Origin: Acidobacteriota bacterium | GTDB lineage: Bacteria; Acidobacteriota; Terriglobia; Terriglobales; Acidobacteriaceae | Assembly: GCA_003224905.1 (NCBI GenBank) | Contig: QIAA01000051.1 | Location: 516 to 64,515, forward strand | Length of the DNA stretch: 64,000 nucleotides | Direction of reading: 5' to 3' | Part shown: positions 45,178-55,222 of the stretch, one piece after another | Numbering within the stretch: the stretch's first letter is position 1 | How the letters are laid out: each line of letters begins with the position of its first letter | The notes under the pieces: generated by a model | The model's input: only the letters and a program-made list of their open reading frames with translations | Database searches by the model: none | What the model was told of the DNA's origin: nothing | Made by a program: the position numbers and the translations under genes

Positions 45178-45831
45178 CTACTTTGTGAGGGGAATTACGG
45201 ATACTTCCCTGAAGTAAACCTCTGATCCCTGGTGATTCTGCAGGCCGATGTAGCCCGAGTCCGGCCGGGGGCCTCTGTCAGGATCATGAGAGCCTGGGGG
45301 TTTTGCCGGCACGGGCTGTCCCTCAGTGAAATCTGTGACTTTTATCGCGTTGAGGTACACGATCGTACGCGGGCCATCAATCGTAATATCCATGGTGTTC
45401 CATTCCCCGATGGGTTTGATCGGGCGCGCTAGTGCTTTCGTGAATGTGTAGAGCACGCCTGTACAGGAGTAGTCGTCGGGCCAATCGCCAATTTCAACCT
45501 CGTAACCGCGGTTGATTGGCATCCACGGCTCGGTAGGTTTTTCGGGTATGCGGATGAAGACTCCAGAATCCGATTCTTTCGCGGTGAGTTTGAATACAAC
45601 TCGAATTGTTGCTCGTCCGATTTTTTGCCGCGCGTACCAAAGCATGCCCATGCCGCCCTCAGTTTTCATCATGCCGTCTTTGACGACAAACGAACCTGGA
45701 CCGACTTGTTGCCATCCGTCCAGATCCTTTCCGTTGAACAGAGGACGGCGCGAAGTCTGGGCAGAGAGGGAGTGGGTGAGCACTAAGAGAAAGCCGACCG
45801 CCAGTGCGTATAATCCCAGTCGCATTCTCAT
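45178..45831 (-). CDS. DUF1080 (3-keto-disaccharide hydrolase-like) secreted protein
   Basis: LFNGKDLDGWQQVGPGSFVVKDGMM...YEVEI...GYIGLQNHQGSEVYFREVSV. Signal peptide begins at MRMRLGLYALAV. Confidence 0.8.
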   Translation of the reverse strand: MRMRLGLYALAVGFLLVLTHSLSAQTSRRPLFNGKDLDGWQQVGPGSFVVKDGMMKTEGGMGMLWYARQKIGRATIRVVFKLTAKESDSGVFIRIPEKPTEPWMPINRGYEVEIGDWPDDYSCTGVLYTFTKALARPIKPIGEWNTMDITIDGPRTIVYLNAIKVTDFTEGQPVPAKPPGSHDPDRGPRPDSGYIGLQNHQGSEVYFREVSVIPLTK

Positions 45832-46005
45832 TTGGTCCTTGGCATCCGTGGACAATAAGATTCCTGAATCAGTACCACGAGAGACATTGAGCGTCAAACT
45901 TGTTTAGCAAGTGAGCAGCGCGTCACTTGACACTGTATTCCGCGTGATGCTAGAAACCGTGGCTGAACAAAGCAGTTATCAAAACCATTTCATTGCAGGA
46001 GTCGC

Positions 46006-46683
46006 ATGGGCGGACAAGGCACTGAGCGTCGTGACATTCTTCGTTACATCGGCATGGCCGCTATCGCGGGGACGTTTCCTGGATTCAGTAAATGGGTTTT
46101 TGCCTGCCCTCAAGGTCACTCGGAAACCACGACAGCCTCACAGAGCACCGGTCCGTACAAGCCTCTATTTTTCTCTCCGCAGCATTACGCGATGCTCGAG
46201 CACATCGCGGAGATGATCATTCCGGAAGATGGCACACCTGGAGCCAAACAGGCGGGGGTCGCCGAGTTCATCGATTTCATGGTGGCGAATCGAGTTCCAG
46301 TGAGCGCATCGCATGATATTCGCTCGACCGAAGACGCAATCGAAATGGGCAATGGAGCTCAGAACCGATTCATTGCAGGACTGGATTGGATGAACGCTCG
46401 CTGCAATTCGGAGTTCGGGCGGAGCTTCATGGACTGCACCCCCGATCAGCAGAACGGCTTGCTGGAGGAACTTGCTTACAAAGCGAAATTCAAACCGACG
46501 ACGGAAAGTGGTCGCGCATTCTTCCAATTGATGCGGGAGTACACCGTGGTCGGTTACTACACAACCAAGATTGGTTTAGAAAGCCTTGGTTATCCCGGAC
46601 TCCGGACAGTGTGGCCGAAGATGCCGGGTTGTACTCATCCTGACGATCCGGAACACGCAAATCTTCGTGAACCGGTGAGCTGA
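46006..46683 (+). CDS. Gluconate 2-dehydrogenase subunit 3-like small subunit with TAT signal
   Basis: ERRDILRYIGMAAIAGTFPGF is TAT-like. It sits directly upstream of the GMC flavoprotein, the usual pairing. Confidence 0.7.
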   Translation: MGGQGTERRDILRYIGMAAIAGTFPGFSKWVFACPQGHSETTTASQSTGPYKPLFFSPQHYAMLEHIAEMIIPEDGTPGAKQAGVAEFIDFMVANRVPVSASHDIRSTEDAIEMGNGAQNRFIAGLDWMNARCNSEFGRSFMDCTPDQQNGLLEELAYKAKFKPTTESGRAFFQLMREYTVVGYYTTKIGLESLGYPGLRTVWPKMPGCTHPDDPEHANLREPVS

Positions 46684-46726
46684 TTCAGTTCGATGGCTGG
46701 CGAGGTGAACTTAGGAGGATTGTCCC

Positions 46727-48440
46727 TTGGCGATGAAAGTCTACGACGCGATTGTGGTGGGAACGGGGGCCGGCGGCGGCACTGCCATGAAATTGCTGTG
46801 CGAAGCGGGCCTGCAGGTGTGCGCGATCAATTCGGGGCCGCGCACTAACCCGGCGGAGGATTATCGCCGACACCGGCAGGTTTACGACTTGAAATATCGG
46901 GGATACGGCGACCCCTTGCGGCTCCAGGGCAAGGCACACCAGGAGCCGTACTCGGTGGAGGAGTCCGAGTACAGCGAAGTCCGAGTACAGCGAAGGCAGA
47001 GACCTCTTCGAGCACGATGTGGCGTACACAAACGCGCCAGGTACCGACTGGTACTGGAAGCGGTGCAAAGCAACCGGCGGCAAGGCCAATTTTTGGGGGC
47101 GCTCTTCGGCGCGCTTCGGGGATATCGATTTCAAGGCAGCGGACCTCGACGGGTTTGGCGAAAACTGGCCGGTAGACTATGCGGAAATTGCGCCGTGGTT
47201 TTCGAAAGCCGAGCGCTATATGGGGGTGGCCAGCACGGTTCAGAATCGGCCCAGCAATCCGGATGGCGAGTATCTGCCGCCAATGCCGTGGCGGTGTATC
47301 GATTACATTATCCAAAAGGCGGGCGAAAAGATCGGCGTACCGTATCTGCCGGACCGGTGTGCTCAACTGACGATCGCGCATAACGGCCATCCAGCATGTC
47401 ATTACTGCGGAAACTGCAGCCGGGGCTGTGAGGTCGGGGCGTTCTTCTCTCCCACGTGGTTCACGATACCGGAGGCCGAACTTACCAAGAACCTGACGCT
47501 TCTCACCAACGCTCTGGTACGCGGCGTGATCGTGGACGAAAACGGAATGGCAAAGGGTGTGGCATACGTTGACCGCGCCACCAAGAAAGAGGTGGAAGTG
47601 TATGCCAAGGTGGTCGTGCTGGCGGCGTCATGTGTCGAGACCGCGCATATTATGTTGAATTCGAAGTCACGCCATTGGCCGACCGGGATCGCCAATTCCA
47701 GCGGCCAGCTCGGCCGAAATTTGTGCGAGCACCTGTACGGCAACCCTGGGTACGGTTACTTGCCACGGCTGCTGGGTCAGCCTGCAACTCCTGACAATAT
47801 TGCCGATTCCACGGTGGCCTGGACGCCGCGCTGGCAGAATTTGAAAAATCCACGCGAAGAGAAATTCATTCGGGGCTACTCGCTGTACATCGGCGGTGGC
47901 TGTGGAGAGTTTCCGTGGTATTACGGACAGATCGAAGGTTTCGGAAAGAACTTTAAGCGCGAAATCAAGCGATACTATCCAACGCCGATTGGCGCGTTAA
48001 TCCAGGCTCCGACCCTACCCAGCCCTACCAACTACATCGATATTGATCCGGAAAAGAAAGACATATTCGGAATTCCGCAACTTCGCTTTCACTTCCAGTG
48101 GGGCCAGAACGAACTGTTGATGTGGGAACATTCAAAGCAAGTAATGATTGATCTGTTCAAAGCCATGGGTGCGGAGATGTGGGGCGCAGACGGCGAGCCC
48201 AACCGTCCGGGAACCAGTCTGCACGAGACTGGCGTCTGCAGGTTCGGGAACGATCCCAAGAGGTATGTCACCAACAAGGGGGCGCAAACTCACGACGTTC
48301 CGAATCTCTACATCTGCGATGCCAGCATTTTTCCGAGTTGCACGGATAAAACTACGACGATGCCGATCGTCGCATTTACGATGCGCACCTGTGATCACAT
48401 GCTCGAGAATTTCAAGAAGGGTGTTCACAAGCGCGCGTAA
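46727..48440 (+). pseudogene. GMC family FAD oxidoreductase disrupted by a 16-bp tandem duplication
   Basis: The N-terminal part (46727.., YDAIVVGTGAGGG) and the C-terminal part (47019..48440, ...HETGVCRFG...ICDASIFPS) are in frames 2 and 0. Deleting one 16-mer joins them as EESEYSEGRDLFEHDVAYTNAPGTDWYW. Confidence 0.8.
46963..46994 (+). repeat. Exact tandem duplication of GTCCGAGTACAGCGAA (2 x 16 bp)
   Basis: Read base by base: 46963..46978 equals 46979..46994. Confidence 0.95.
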
Positions 48441-48455
48441 AGAAGCAAGTTTCGC

Positions 48456-49262
48456 CTATAGCCGCACACGCGCGAGGGGATCGATTCCGGTTGACTTGAC
48501 CTGGGGTGCTACTGATTCCAAGACCTCAAGGAATACGAGTACGTTCGGCACTTTGTCCGACTTGACGTTAATAGCGGCCAGCCATTTTCCTTGCCGCTTG
48601 ACTTTCAAATAAATGCCAGCCAGTTCGGCCTTGCTGATCTCTGATACCGGTATGGAAGTGTTCTTCCAGATGACTGCCGTCGCGGAGAGGCTGATACCTG
48701 CGAAGTCCACAGTCTCGCCCCGGCGCAGCCTTGCTTTCACGCTCTCTACCATCGGGGGCAGAATCCGGGCAAGAATAATCCCAATCGCTTCATCGGCGTT
48801 TCGGAAAGTGGACGTGATCTTCAGCTTCTTGCCATCGTTGCTGATCAGTTCGAGTGTGAACAGCGCCCGGCGCGACTTGCTCGACATGGCCAGCAGGGCT
48901 CCGATGAGTCCGAAGTGTGAGTAGGTGCTGATCGGAACGACGCGATAGCGTGTCTCCACGATCTGGCTCCAAGCCATTTCCTGTTGTCCCAGAACTGACT
49001 CGCGGCGCACGCCCGAATCGCTGATGGTAAGAACGGTTTTACTCAGGACAATCCACAAGGCCACAACTGCGGCCACCAAACCGACAGAAATCCACACCAG
49101 CTCCGGATGAGATGAAGTACGCGGGTCTTGCTCCCCAGCCCAGAGTCCCACAATCAGGCCAAGCACTCCCAAGGTCACAAGAATCCGGACCGAATACGCC
49201 GCCCCGAAGCGGCGCTCGCCATATGTCGTAGCTGCGGTAGCCATAAGTGTCACCCGAAACAC
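48456..49262 (-). CDS. Hypothetical membrane protein
   Basis: 268 aa. Two N-terminal TM helices are followed by two similar soluble segments. No family recognised with confidence. Confidence 0.5.
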   Translation of the reverse strand: MFRVTLMATAATTYGERRFGAAYSVRILVTLGVLGLIVGLWAGEQDPRTSSHPELVWISVGLVAAVVALWIVLSKTVLTISDSGVRRESVLGQQEMAWSQIVETRYRVVPISTYSHFGLIGALLAMSSKSRRALFTLELISNDGKKLKITSTFRNADEAIGIILARILPPMVESVKARLRRGETVDFAGISLSATAVIWKNTSIPVSEISKAELAGIYLKVKRQGKWLAAINVKSDKVPNVLVFLEVLESVAPQVKSTGIDPLARVRL

Positions 49263-49402
49263 TGCCTCCGAACTGGCAGCGCTGTGCTGAGGATCATCCT
49301 AAGTGGAAAGTTTGGCTCAGGCGAATTACGGGGGTAACACTCGAAGCTGAAGGATCCAACGGTGTAACGCAAAACCTTCTGATGGACTCGTACGTCGTAG
49401 AA

Positions 49403-50209
49403 CTATCTTGGCATCCACTGCGGCGCGCTGGTTAGAAAACCACTACGGATGCAAATCCCGTATGCCAGCATCAGCCCGAAACCGAGGCTGAGCAGGCCGG
49501 AGGCTAATCCCAGCCGTCGAAAGAATACCTGGCTGCTGCCGAACAGCCGGAAAGTCGAGGCGATACTCATGGTGATAAGCATCATGCCGGCGATGGTTCC
49601 AATCCCGAAGACCAGCAAATAAGCGATCGCCCAACGAGAATCGCGGATTGTCGCCAGTACGAGCAGGGCGATAGCCGCTGAACCCGCCAATCCGTGAACA
49701 ACGCCGATGACCAGCGGACGAAGATGCTGGTAGACGGCCATTCTTCCCAGCACGTTATCCAGCCAAGCCACAGGTGTTTGTTCCGCAGGGTGAGGATGGT
49801 GCTCCGGTTCATGCCCGTGAGAATGGGAATGAACATAGTCGCCATGGCTGTGAAAATGGCAATGCATGACTCCGGAAGTTTGCTCGGCGTGCGAGGCGGA
49901 CTTGGGCATGGAACGCAAAAAACTCATCACGTTCATGAGGCCCAGAATGATCAGCATCAATCCCACTGATAGCTCCATGCTCAGGCCGAAGCGAGGAGGA
50001 ATGACCAAATCGAAGAGGATGATGAGCGCGCCAACGACGAAGATCGTGACTGTGTGACCGATTCCCCAAAAAGCTCCGACCAGAGCTGCGCGCGTGATAT
50101 TGCGTTGGCGACTGATGATCGTGGTGACAGCTATGACATGATCGGGATCGGTGGCGTGGCGCATCCCGAGAAAAAAACCCAATGCAATAATGGAGAGAAA
50201 GCTAACCAT
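49403..50209 (-). CDS. NiCoT/NicO-like nickel-cobalt transporter with His-rich loop
   Basis: GMRHATDPDHVIAV carries the Hx4DH signature. The loop is HCHFHSHGDYVHSHSHGHEPEHHPHP. About six TM helices. Confidence 0.65.
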   Translation of the reverse strand: MVSFLSIIALGFFLGMRHATDPDHVIAVTTIISRQRNITRAALVGAFWGIGHTVTIFVVGALIILFDLVIPPRFGLSMELSVGLMLIILGLMNVMSFLRSMPKSASHAEQTSGVMHCHFHSHGDYVHSHSHGHEPEHHPHPAEQTPVAWLDNVLGRMAVYQHLRPLVIGVVHGLAGSAAIALLVLATIRDSRWAIAYLLVFGIGTIAGMMLITMSIASTFRLFGSSQVFFRRLGLASGLLSLGFGLMLAYGICIRSGFLTSAPQWMPR

Positions 50210-51149
50210 GATCTTCAGAGCAGTGCTGCTGGATAAAAACAGTTAACGCGGCGCGATCGAGAAAAGCCTCTGTGCCACCTTCTTTTGTAGTCGAATACGC
50301 GCCGGCAATGTTGGCGTACGCCAGACAGTCCTCAAGTCTTGCACCTTGTAAGTATTTGTGCAGGAAGCCGGCACCGAAGGTGTCCCCTGCCCCGACGTAA
50401 TCAACCGGGCTGACGCGGGGTGGCGCCAAATTCCACTCTTGCTGGTCCGAACGGCAGATAGCAGGCGCCGAACCGCGCTTTACAACCACTACCTTGGCCA
50501 ATGCTGCCAACTGATCAATCGCCTTGGAAAGATCTTCCGTTCGCGTGATCTTTCTGGCTTCGGCCTCGTTTGGAAGGAAGACGTCAACGTATTTCAGGAC
50601 CTCCAGCACATCGGCTTCCCATTTGTCTTCGGGATCGTCGTTCGTGTCGAGCGACGTCGAGAGCCCCGCTTTTTTTGCTTGGCGAAAAAGATCGGTAATG
50701 CTCGGCCGCAGCGCCTTGTGAAGGAAGAACGACGAAAGATGCAGGTGCCGCGCCGAGAGCAAATACTCCATGTCGATATCCGAGTACTGCATCTCAAACA
50801 TAGTGCCGGGATAGGTGAGAATGTAACGATGCTGAGGTTGCGGCAGAATCACGGTAAGTCCGGTGGCAGTCCCAAAAGCCGCGTGCTTCACGTGAGTGAC
50901 GTCAACGCCTGCCGCAGAAAGCCGCTCCAGTGCTATGTTTCCTAACTGGTCCGGCCCAACTTTGGAAATGAAGCCGACCCCGGTACCAAGCACAGACAAG
51001 TTGTGCGCCAAAATGGCGGACGAACTGCCCAGCGTGAGCGCGAGATTGCTTGCCAGCAACTCACGATCCAGTACCAGTGGTTCTGGCAGGCCGTAAAGAA
51101 TCAAATCAAGATTGATCTCGCCAACAACGCACACCTCGATTTGCGGCAT
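50202..51149 (-). CDS. PfkB family carbohydrate kinase
   Basis: VVGEINLDL...GSSSAILA...DYVGAGDTFGAGFL (PfkB signature 2). Confidence 0.8.
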   Translation of the reverse strand: MPQIEVCVVGEINLDLILYGLPEPLVLDRELLASNLALTLGSSSAILAHNLSVLGTGVGFISKVGPDQLGNIALERLSAAGVDVTHVKHAAFGTATGLTVILPQPQHRYILTYPGTMFEMQYSDIDMEYLLSARHLHLSSFFLHKALRPSITDLFRQAKKAGLSTSLDTNDDPEDKWEADVLEVLKYVDVFLPNEAEARKITRTEDLSKAIDQLAALAKVVVVKRGSAPAICRSDQQEWNLAPPRVSPVDYVGAGDTFGAGFLHKYLQGARLEDCLAYANIAGAYSTTKEGGTEAFLDRAALTVFIQQHCSEDHG

Positions 51150-51203
51150 TCTCCTCCTGGGGCAGCGTTACTGGAACCGCAAAAAAGCAAACCGCACAAA
51201 TGA

Positions 51204-52304
51204 TCAATGCACTCCAGGAATCCAGTGAAGGGCATTGGTGCGATAGATTTTGCGCAGCACGGTTTCCGGTAATTTCAGCCCGTGCACACTCCTGCCATTC
51301 AGATCGAGGGTTTCGTCTGTTGCCATAAACCGCCAGTCGCGGATGTACGTTTTCTGCCACTCCTTCAGCGATTCCTGAGCGTTCGCATCCGCGACCAGAT
51401 CGAGGTCAGTGCCATACAGCACGCGATCCTGATACCTGGTTAGAAAGGCGCGGACTTTTTCCGTTGGCGTCAACATCAGGTACTCCATGCGGGCGCCAGT
51501 ATCTACGGCAAAGTTCGGATACTTGTCGAGGCGGCTGGCGATGCCGTCGAGGTCCTTTTCCATGCTGCCTAAGTGCACTCCCACCATGAGGAGTTTGGGA
51601 TTGCTGGCCAGTATGTGATCGCGCGCTTCGAGAATGGTTTTCTTTGCCGGGAAACCGGTCTTTCCGGCGACATACCATTGCGGATGCTCCTGATAGTAAG
51701 ACCATGAAGGATCGGAGGGATCGGCTGGTCCCCATGCCACGTCAGGCTCGGCCACGTGCGACATCAAAGTCTTTCCGCGTTTGGCGATCTCCTGGTAGAT
51801 CGGCGTAAATTTCGGATCATCCGGCAGGATGAACTTGCCGTTGCGGTCCTTGATCTCCATGCCGATGTTCTTCCAGATCTTTACCGCCACCGCGCCTTGG
51901 GCAAAGTTTTCATCTATTTGCTTGATGGCTTCAGTGGGAAAGGAAGCGTCATTGAACTTGTACGGATCGAAGGTCGTGCACAGGAGAATGTGACCGTGGC
52001 TGGAGTGCACCAGGTTCAGTGCGTCCGTTATTTGCGGCTGTAGTGCTTTTCGGTAGGGGAGCGTGTCATCCATCACCAGAATGTTCATCAGCTTCAGGTG
52101 GGTCGCTTCAAAAAAATTTTGAAAGGAGGGATCGCTCTTGAATATGTGAACGTGCACGTCTATGGGCTGCAGTGCGGCAAGGGAGTTCAGGGCTTGTTCG
52201 GAGCTGGTTTCATTAGCAGCTTGACCCGCGAGCAGCGGCCTTGAAATGATCCAGGCAGCGAACGTCAAAAACGCGACGATGAAAACGTGATTGCGGTATT
52301 TCAT
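51204..52304 (-). CDS. Amidohydrolase-2 family metal hydrolase with signal peptide
   Basis: N-terminal MKYRNHVFIVAFLTFAAWII. IDVHVHIF is the HxH metal motif. Later HLGS and TD. Confidence 0.7.
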   Translation of the reverse strand: MKYRNHVFIVAFLTFAAWIISRPLLAGQAANETSSEQALNSLAALQPIDVHVHIFKSDPSFQNFFEATHLKLMNILVMDDTLPYRKALQPQITDALNLVHSSHGHILLCTTFDPYKFNDASFPTEAIKQIDENFAQGAVAVKIWKNIGMEIKDRNGKFILPDDPKFTPIYQEIAKRGKTLMSHVAEPDVAWGPADPSDPSWSYYQEHPQWYVAGKTGFPAKKTILEARDHILASNPKLLMVGVHLGSMEKDLDGIASRLDKYPNFAVDTGARMEYLMLTPTEKVRAFLTRYQDRVLYGTDLDLVADANAQESLKEWQKTYIRDWRFMATDETLDLNGRSVHGLKLPETVLRKIYRTNALHWIPGVH

Positions 52305-52320
52305 TCTGCGCCTCCCTCCT

Positions 52321-53703
52321 TCACAGCAGAATCGGTTGGATACCGGTTATCTCGCAGAAGTCGGCCAATGCGGGATAAAGGTGAGAGCCATATCCAAGGC
52401 AAGCATACTCATTCGTCCAGTGTTGCAGCATTTTTTCGATGTCGCAATGCACCCGTACAAAACCGTGCGGCCAGAAAGGTATGCCGCATTCGTTTAGACG
52501 TCGTTCGATCTGATCCGCCGGAGGCTCGAAGACGGTAGCGCGCGTAACCACCATCTGAAATTCTCCGTTCACTCGTCCCAGCCGAGCCAGGACGCCCTCG
52601 CCCACCTTGCAGATGAGCTTTACTGAGAGCCCGCCAGCTTCACCTTCGGTCGGAATGCCGTGCTCGGCGAAACCTGCAGGGCCTAATTTTCCGGCAAGTG
52701 ACGGGGGACACGCGCCATCGCCGATGATCTTGATTTCTTTTCTGGCGACGTCAATGTGCTGCAGGTCTCCGTAATATACAGGCTCCTGGCTCAGCTTAGT
52801 AAGGAGCAGGACGGTCAGAACAGTATTGAAGTCGCCCAGGGTGGATGTGCCGTGGCCGTCTTCGAGCATCATGCTTTGCGCGAAGCACGTGGCAGCGTAA
52901 TCATCGCCCAGGCCGGGGAAGGATTGAATCGTATAGAAGTCGAACTTCTCCTGAGTAACAATTTCTTTGAGCGCAAGATAAAGCCGGAGCGAGCGTTCGT
53001 TGACGAGGGCAGGGTCTGGAGCCTTACCGAACAGTTTTTGCAAGCGCGGCGCGAGTGCTTCCAGCTTCTCTTTCGATACAGACTCTGCGGTGCGAATCAG
53101 CTCGGTGGTGTCGCGGGAGTCGATATCGACGCCAAACATGCGCATCCACTGCGAGGGATCGGCCACGCCGCAGGTCTGGCCCATGCCTCGTCCGCCGAAA
53201 GCCCCGATGGTAGAGAGATTAAGCCAATTTTTCATGTGTGCGGCGCGGGCGTAGCTGGTGATCTTTTCCAGCGTGGCCGCGTCATCTGCAGCACCGTAAA
53301 CGAACTTGTGCGGAACTCCGATTTCCAGCAGGCCGCCGTGCATCACCAACCCGCCAACTGGGCGCCATCCCTGCGACCCGGGATGCGTCCAAAGCAAGAC
53401 TGCTTTGCCGGTGGCGGCGTAGTCGCGGATGGCGCCGACCAAGTGCGCGGCCCACACCCAGGTGCCGGAAAAGAGCACAACCGCATCGATCTGCGGATCG
53501 TTTTTCATCTTCCGCAGCGCCGCGATCGCTTCTTCTTTTGAGGCGATAATCAACGGATGCCGGACGACCTTCAGTCCCGCCTGCGTTAGAGCTTTCTCGG
53601 AACCCGCGACGATTGATTCGTCGATGAAAGGCGTGCCCATCGGGTCTTTGAGCCCATCCTTGTGAACGCCATAGACAATGAAGCCAACTGTCGGTTGGAT
53701 CAC
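52321..53703 (-). CDS. L-fucose/L-arabinose isomerase family protein
   Basis: 460 aa. The N-terminal flavodoxin-like swivel region (VGFIVYGVH...DAVVLFSGTWVW) and the overall layout resemble FucI/AraA-like isomerases. This is the weakest call in the operon. Confidence 0.55.
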   Translation of the reverse strand: MIQPTVGFIVYGVHKDGLKDPMGTPFIDESIVAGSEKALTQAGLKVVRHPLIIASKEEAIAALRKMKNDPQIDAVVLFSGTWVWAAHLVGAIRDYAATGKAVLLWTHPGSQGWRPVGGLVMHGGLLEIGVPHKFVYGAADDAATLEKITSYARAAHMKNWLNLSTIGAFGGRGMGQTCGVADPSQWMRMFGVDIDSRDTTELIRTAESVSKEKLEALAPRLQKLFGKAPDPALVNERSLRLYLALKEIVTQEKFDFYTIQSFPGLGDDYAATCFAQSMMLEDGHGTSTLGDFNTVLTVLLLTKLSQEPVYYGDLQHIDVARKEIKIIGDGACPPSLAGKLGPAGFAEHGIPTEGEAGGLSVKLICKVGEGVLARLGRVNGEFQMVVTRATVFEPPADQIERRLNECGIPFWPHGFVRVHCDIEKMLQHWTNEYACLGYGSHLYPALADFCEITGIQPILL

Positions 53704-53713
53704 GAAGCTCTCC

Positions 53714-55222
53714 TCAGGAAGCTGTGGCGGCCTGGACCTCCCGCATTTTGGCCAGGCTGGAATACAACAGCTGATATTGTTGACGCTGCGCCCGATAGCT
53801 TTCCGCGACGCTTGGATCGGGCTCGATCGTATCGGCCACGTGCGCCAGTTGCGCGATGGCTTCAGAAAACCCGCTGTAGGTTCCCGCTCCGACGCCCGCC
53901 AGGATTGCGGTTCCCAGACAAACTGCTTCCGGACAGCGCATCCGGTGCAGGCGGCATTTTGTAAGTGCAGCGCGCAGCCGAAGCCCCAGAGCGGAGCGGC
54001 ATCCGCCGCCGGTGATATACAGATCGCTGAACGATCCCGACGCTCGGCGCAGAAGTTCAGTCATGTTGCCCAGTTCGCAGGCGATTCCTTCCAGAATTCC
54101 TTTGTATATATCTGCTGCGCTGGTCGCGGGACGAAGGCCCGCGATCACACCGGTGGCGTGCGGGTTGAAATCGGGATTGCAGGTGCCCAGTAAATGCGGG
54201 GCAATGCACAGCCCCGTGGGCCCGGTGGGCGCCCGTGCTTCTAATTCAGCACAGGCGTTGGCGATCGAGCAATCAGCGTTTCCGTACAGGAGTTGCAGGA
54301 ACCAATCCAGCATGATGCCCGAAGGAAAGTAGGCGAGGGTCACGTAGCGGTCTGGTACCACGTGACAGTAAGTGTTCAAATTCGCTGCGAGGGCTGCATC
54401 ATGAATCGAGGGCGTATCGGAGGACGCCAGCAAACACTCGTACGTCCCAAGGGAAGCAGAGACGCGGCCCGCATCGGTGACTCCCATGCCTAAGGCGGCA
54501 CAAGGCTGGTCATGACCGCCCACCACAACTGATGTTCCACTCTTTAAACCCAGGTGGCTTGAAACTTCGGCAGACAGCCGTCCAATCACCGTGCCAGCCG
54601 GTACAGGCGTGGCGAACCGGTCAGGAGTTAAGTGACAGACTCCGAGAATTTCTTCCGACCAACAACGGCGGCGGACATCGAAAGCCAGGAACCGCGAGGC
54701 GTGAGAATAATCAATGTGAGGCGGCAGACCCAGCCGGGTTAGAAGATAATCCGTGACTCCCAAAAATTGTGCTGCCGAGCAGAAAATTTCTTTCTGATGC
54801 TGCCGCATCCACAGCATCTTCGGGATGGGATACATGGGGTGCGCGGACAAACCGGTAATTTCAAACACACGCCTCAGTCCAATGGTCTCTGCCATCCAAT
54901 TCGCCTCGACTACGGCGCGGTTATCGATATTCAGAATGGCAGGCGACAGCGGTGCCCGATTCTGATTTACCGCTACGAAAGTCTCTGCATGAGAGCTGAT
55001 GCAGAGCGCTTCAATTGGATCGGCGATGGTGCTCGTAATCTGCCGGGTGACGCTTTGAAAGGCTTGCCAGAATTTCTCCGCAGGCATTTCGGCCCAGGAA
55101 GGACGGGGAATATCGGGTGAGTAAGATTGCCGCCGCTCTGCCAGCATGCGACCGTCGGGCGAAAATGCGATTGCCTTGCAACTGCTCGAACCCATGTCTA
55201 CGGCCAACAAGCTCATGTGCAA
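53714..55222 (-). CDS. FGGY family carbohydrate kinase (xylulokinase/LsrK-like)
   Basis: LLAVDMGSSSCKAIAF...GGHDQPCAALG...YITGGG. Confidence 0.85.
   Translation of the reverse strand: MHMSLLAVDMGSSSCKAIAFSPDGRMLAERRQSYSPDIPRPSWAEMPAEKFWQAFQSVTRQITSTIADPIEALCISSHAETFVAVNQNRAPLSPAILNIDNRAVVEANWMAETIGLRRVFEITGLSAHPMYPIPKMLWMRQHQKEIFCSAAQFLGVTDYLLTRLGLPPHIDYSHASRFLAFDVRRRCWSEEILGVCHLTPDRFATPVPAGTVIGRLSAEVSSHLGLKSGTSVVVGGHDQPCAALGMGVTDAGRVSASLGTYECLLASSDTPSIHDAALAANLNTYCHVVPDRYVTLAYFPSGIMLDWFLQLLYGNADCSIANACAELEARAPTGPTGLCIAPHLLGTCNPDFNPHATGVIAGLRPATSAADIYKGILEGIACELGNMTELLRRASGSFSDLYITGGGCRSALGLRLRAALTKCRLHRMRCPEAVCLGTAILAGVGAGTYSGFSEAIAQLAHVADTIEPDPSVAESYRAQRQQYQLLYSSLAKMREVQAATAS

Noticed and set aside
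52756-53541. 261-aa + strand ORF opposite the isomerase gene
   Set aside because: An antisense shadow with no recognisable motifs. The minus-strand gene fits tightly into the operon spacing.
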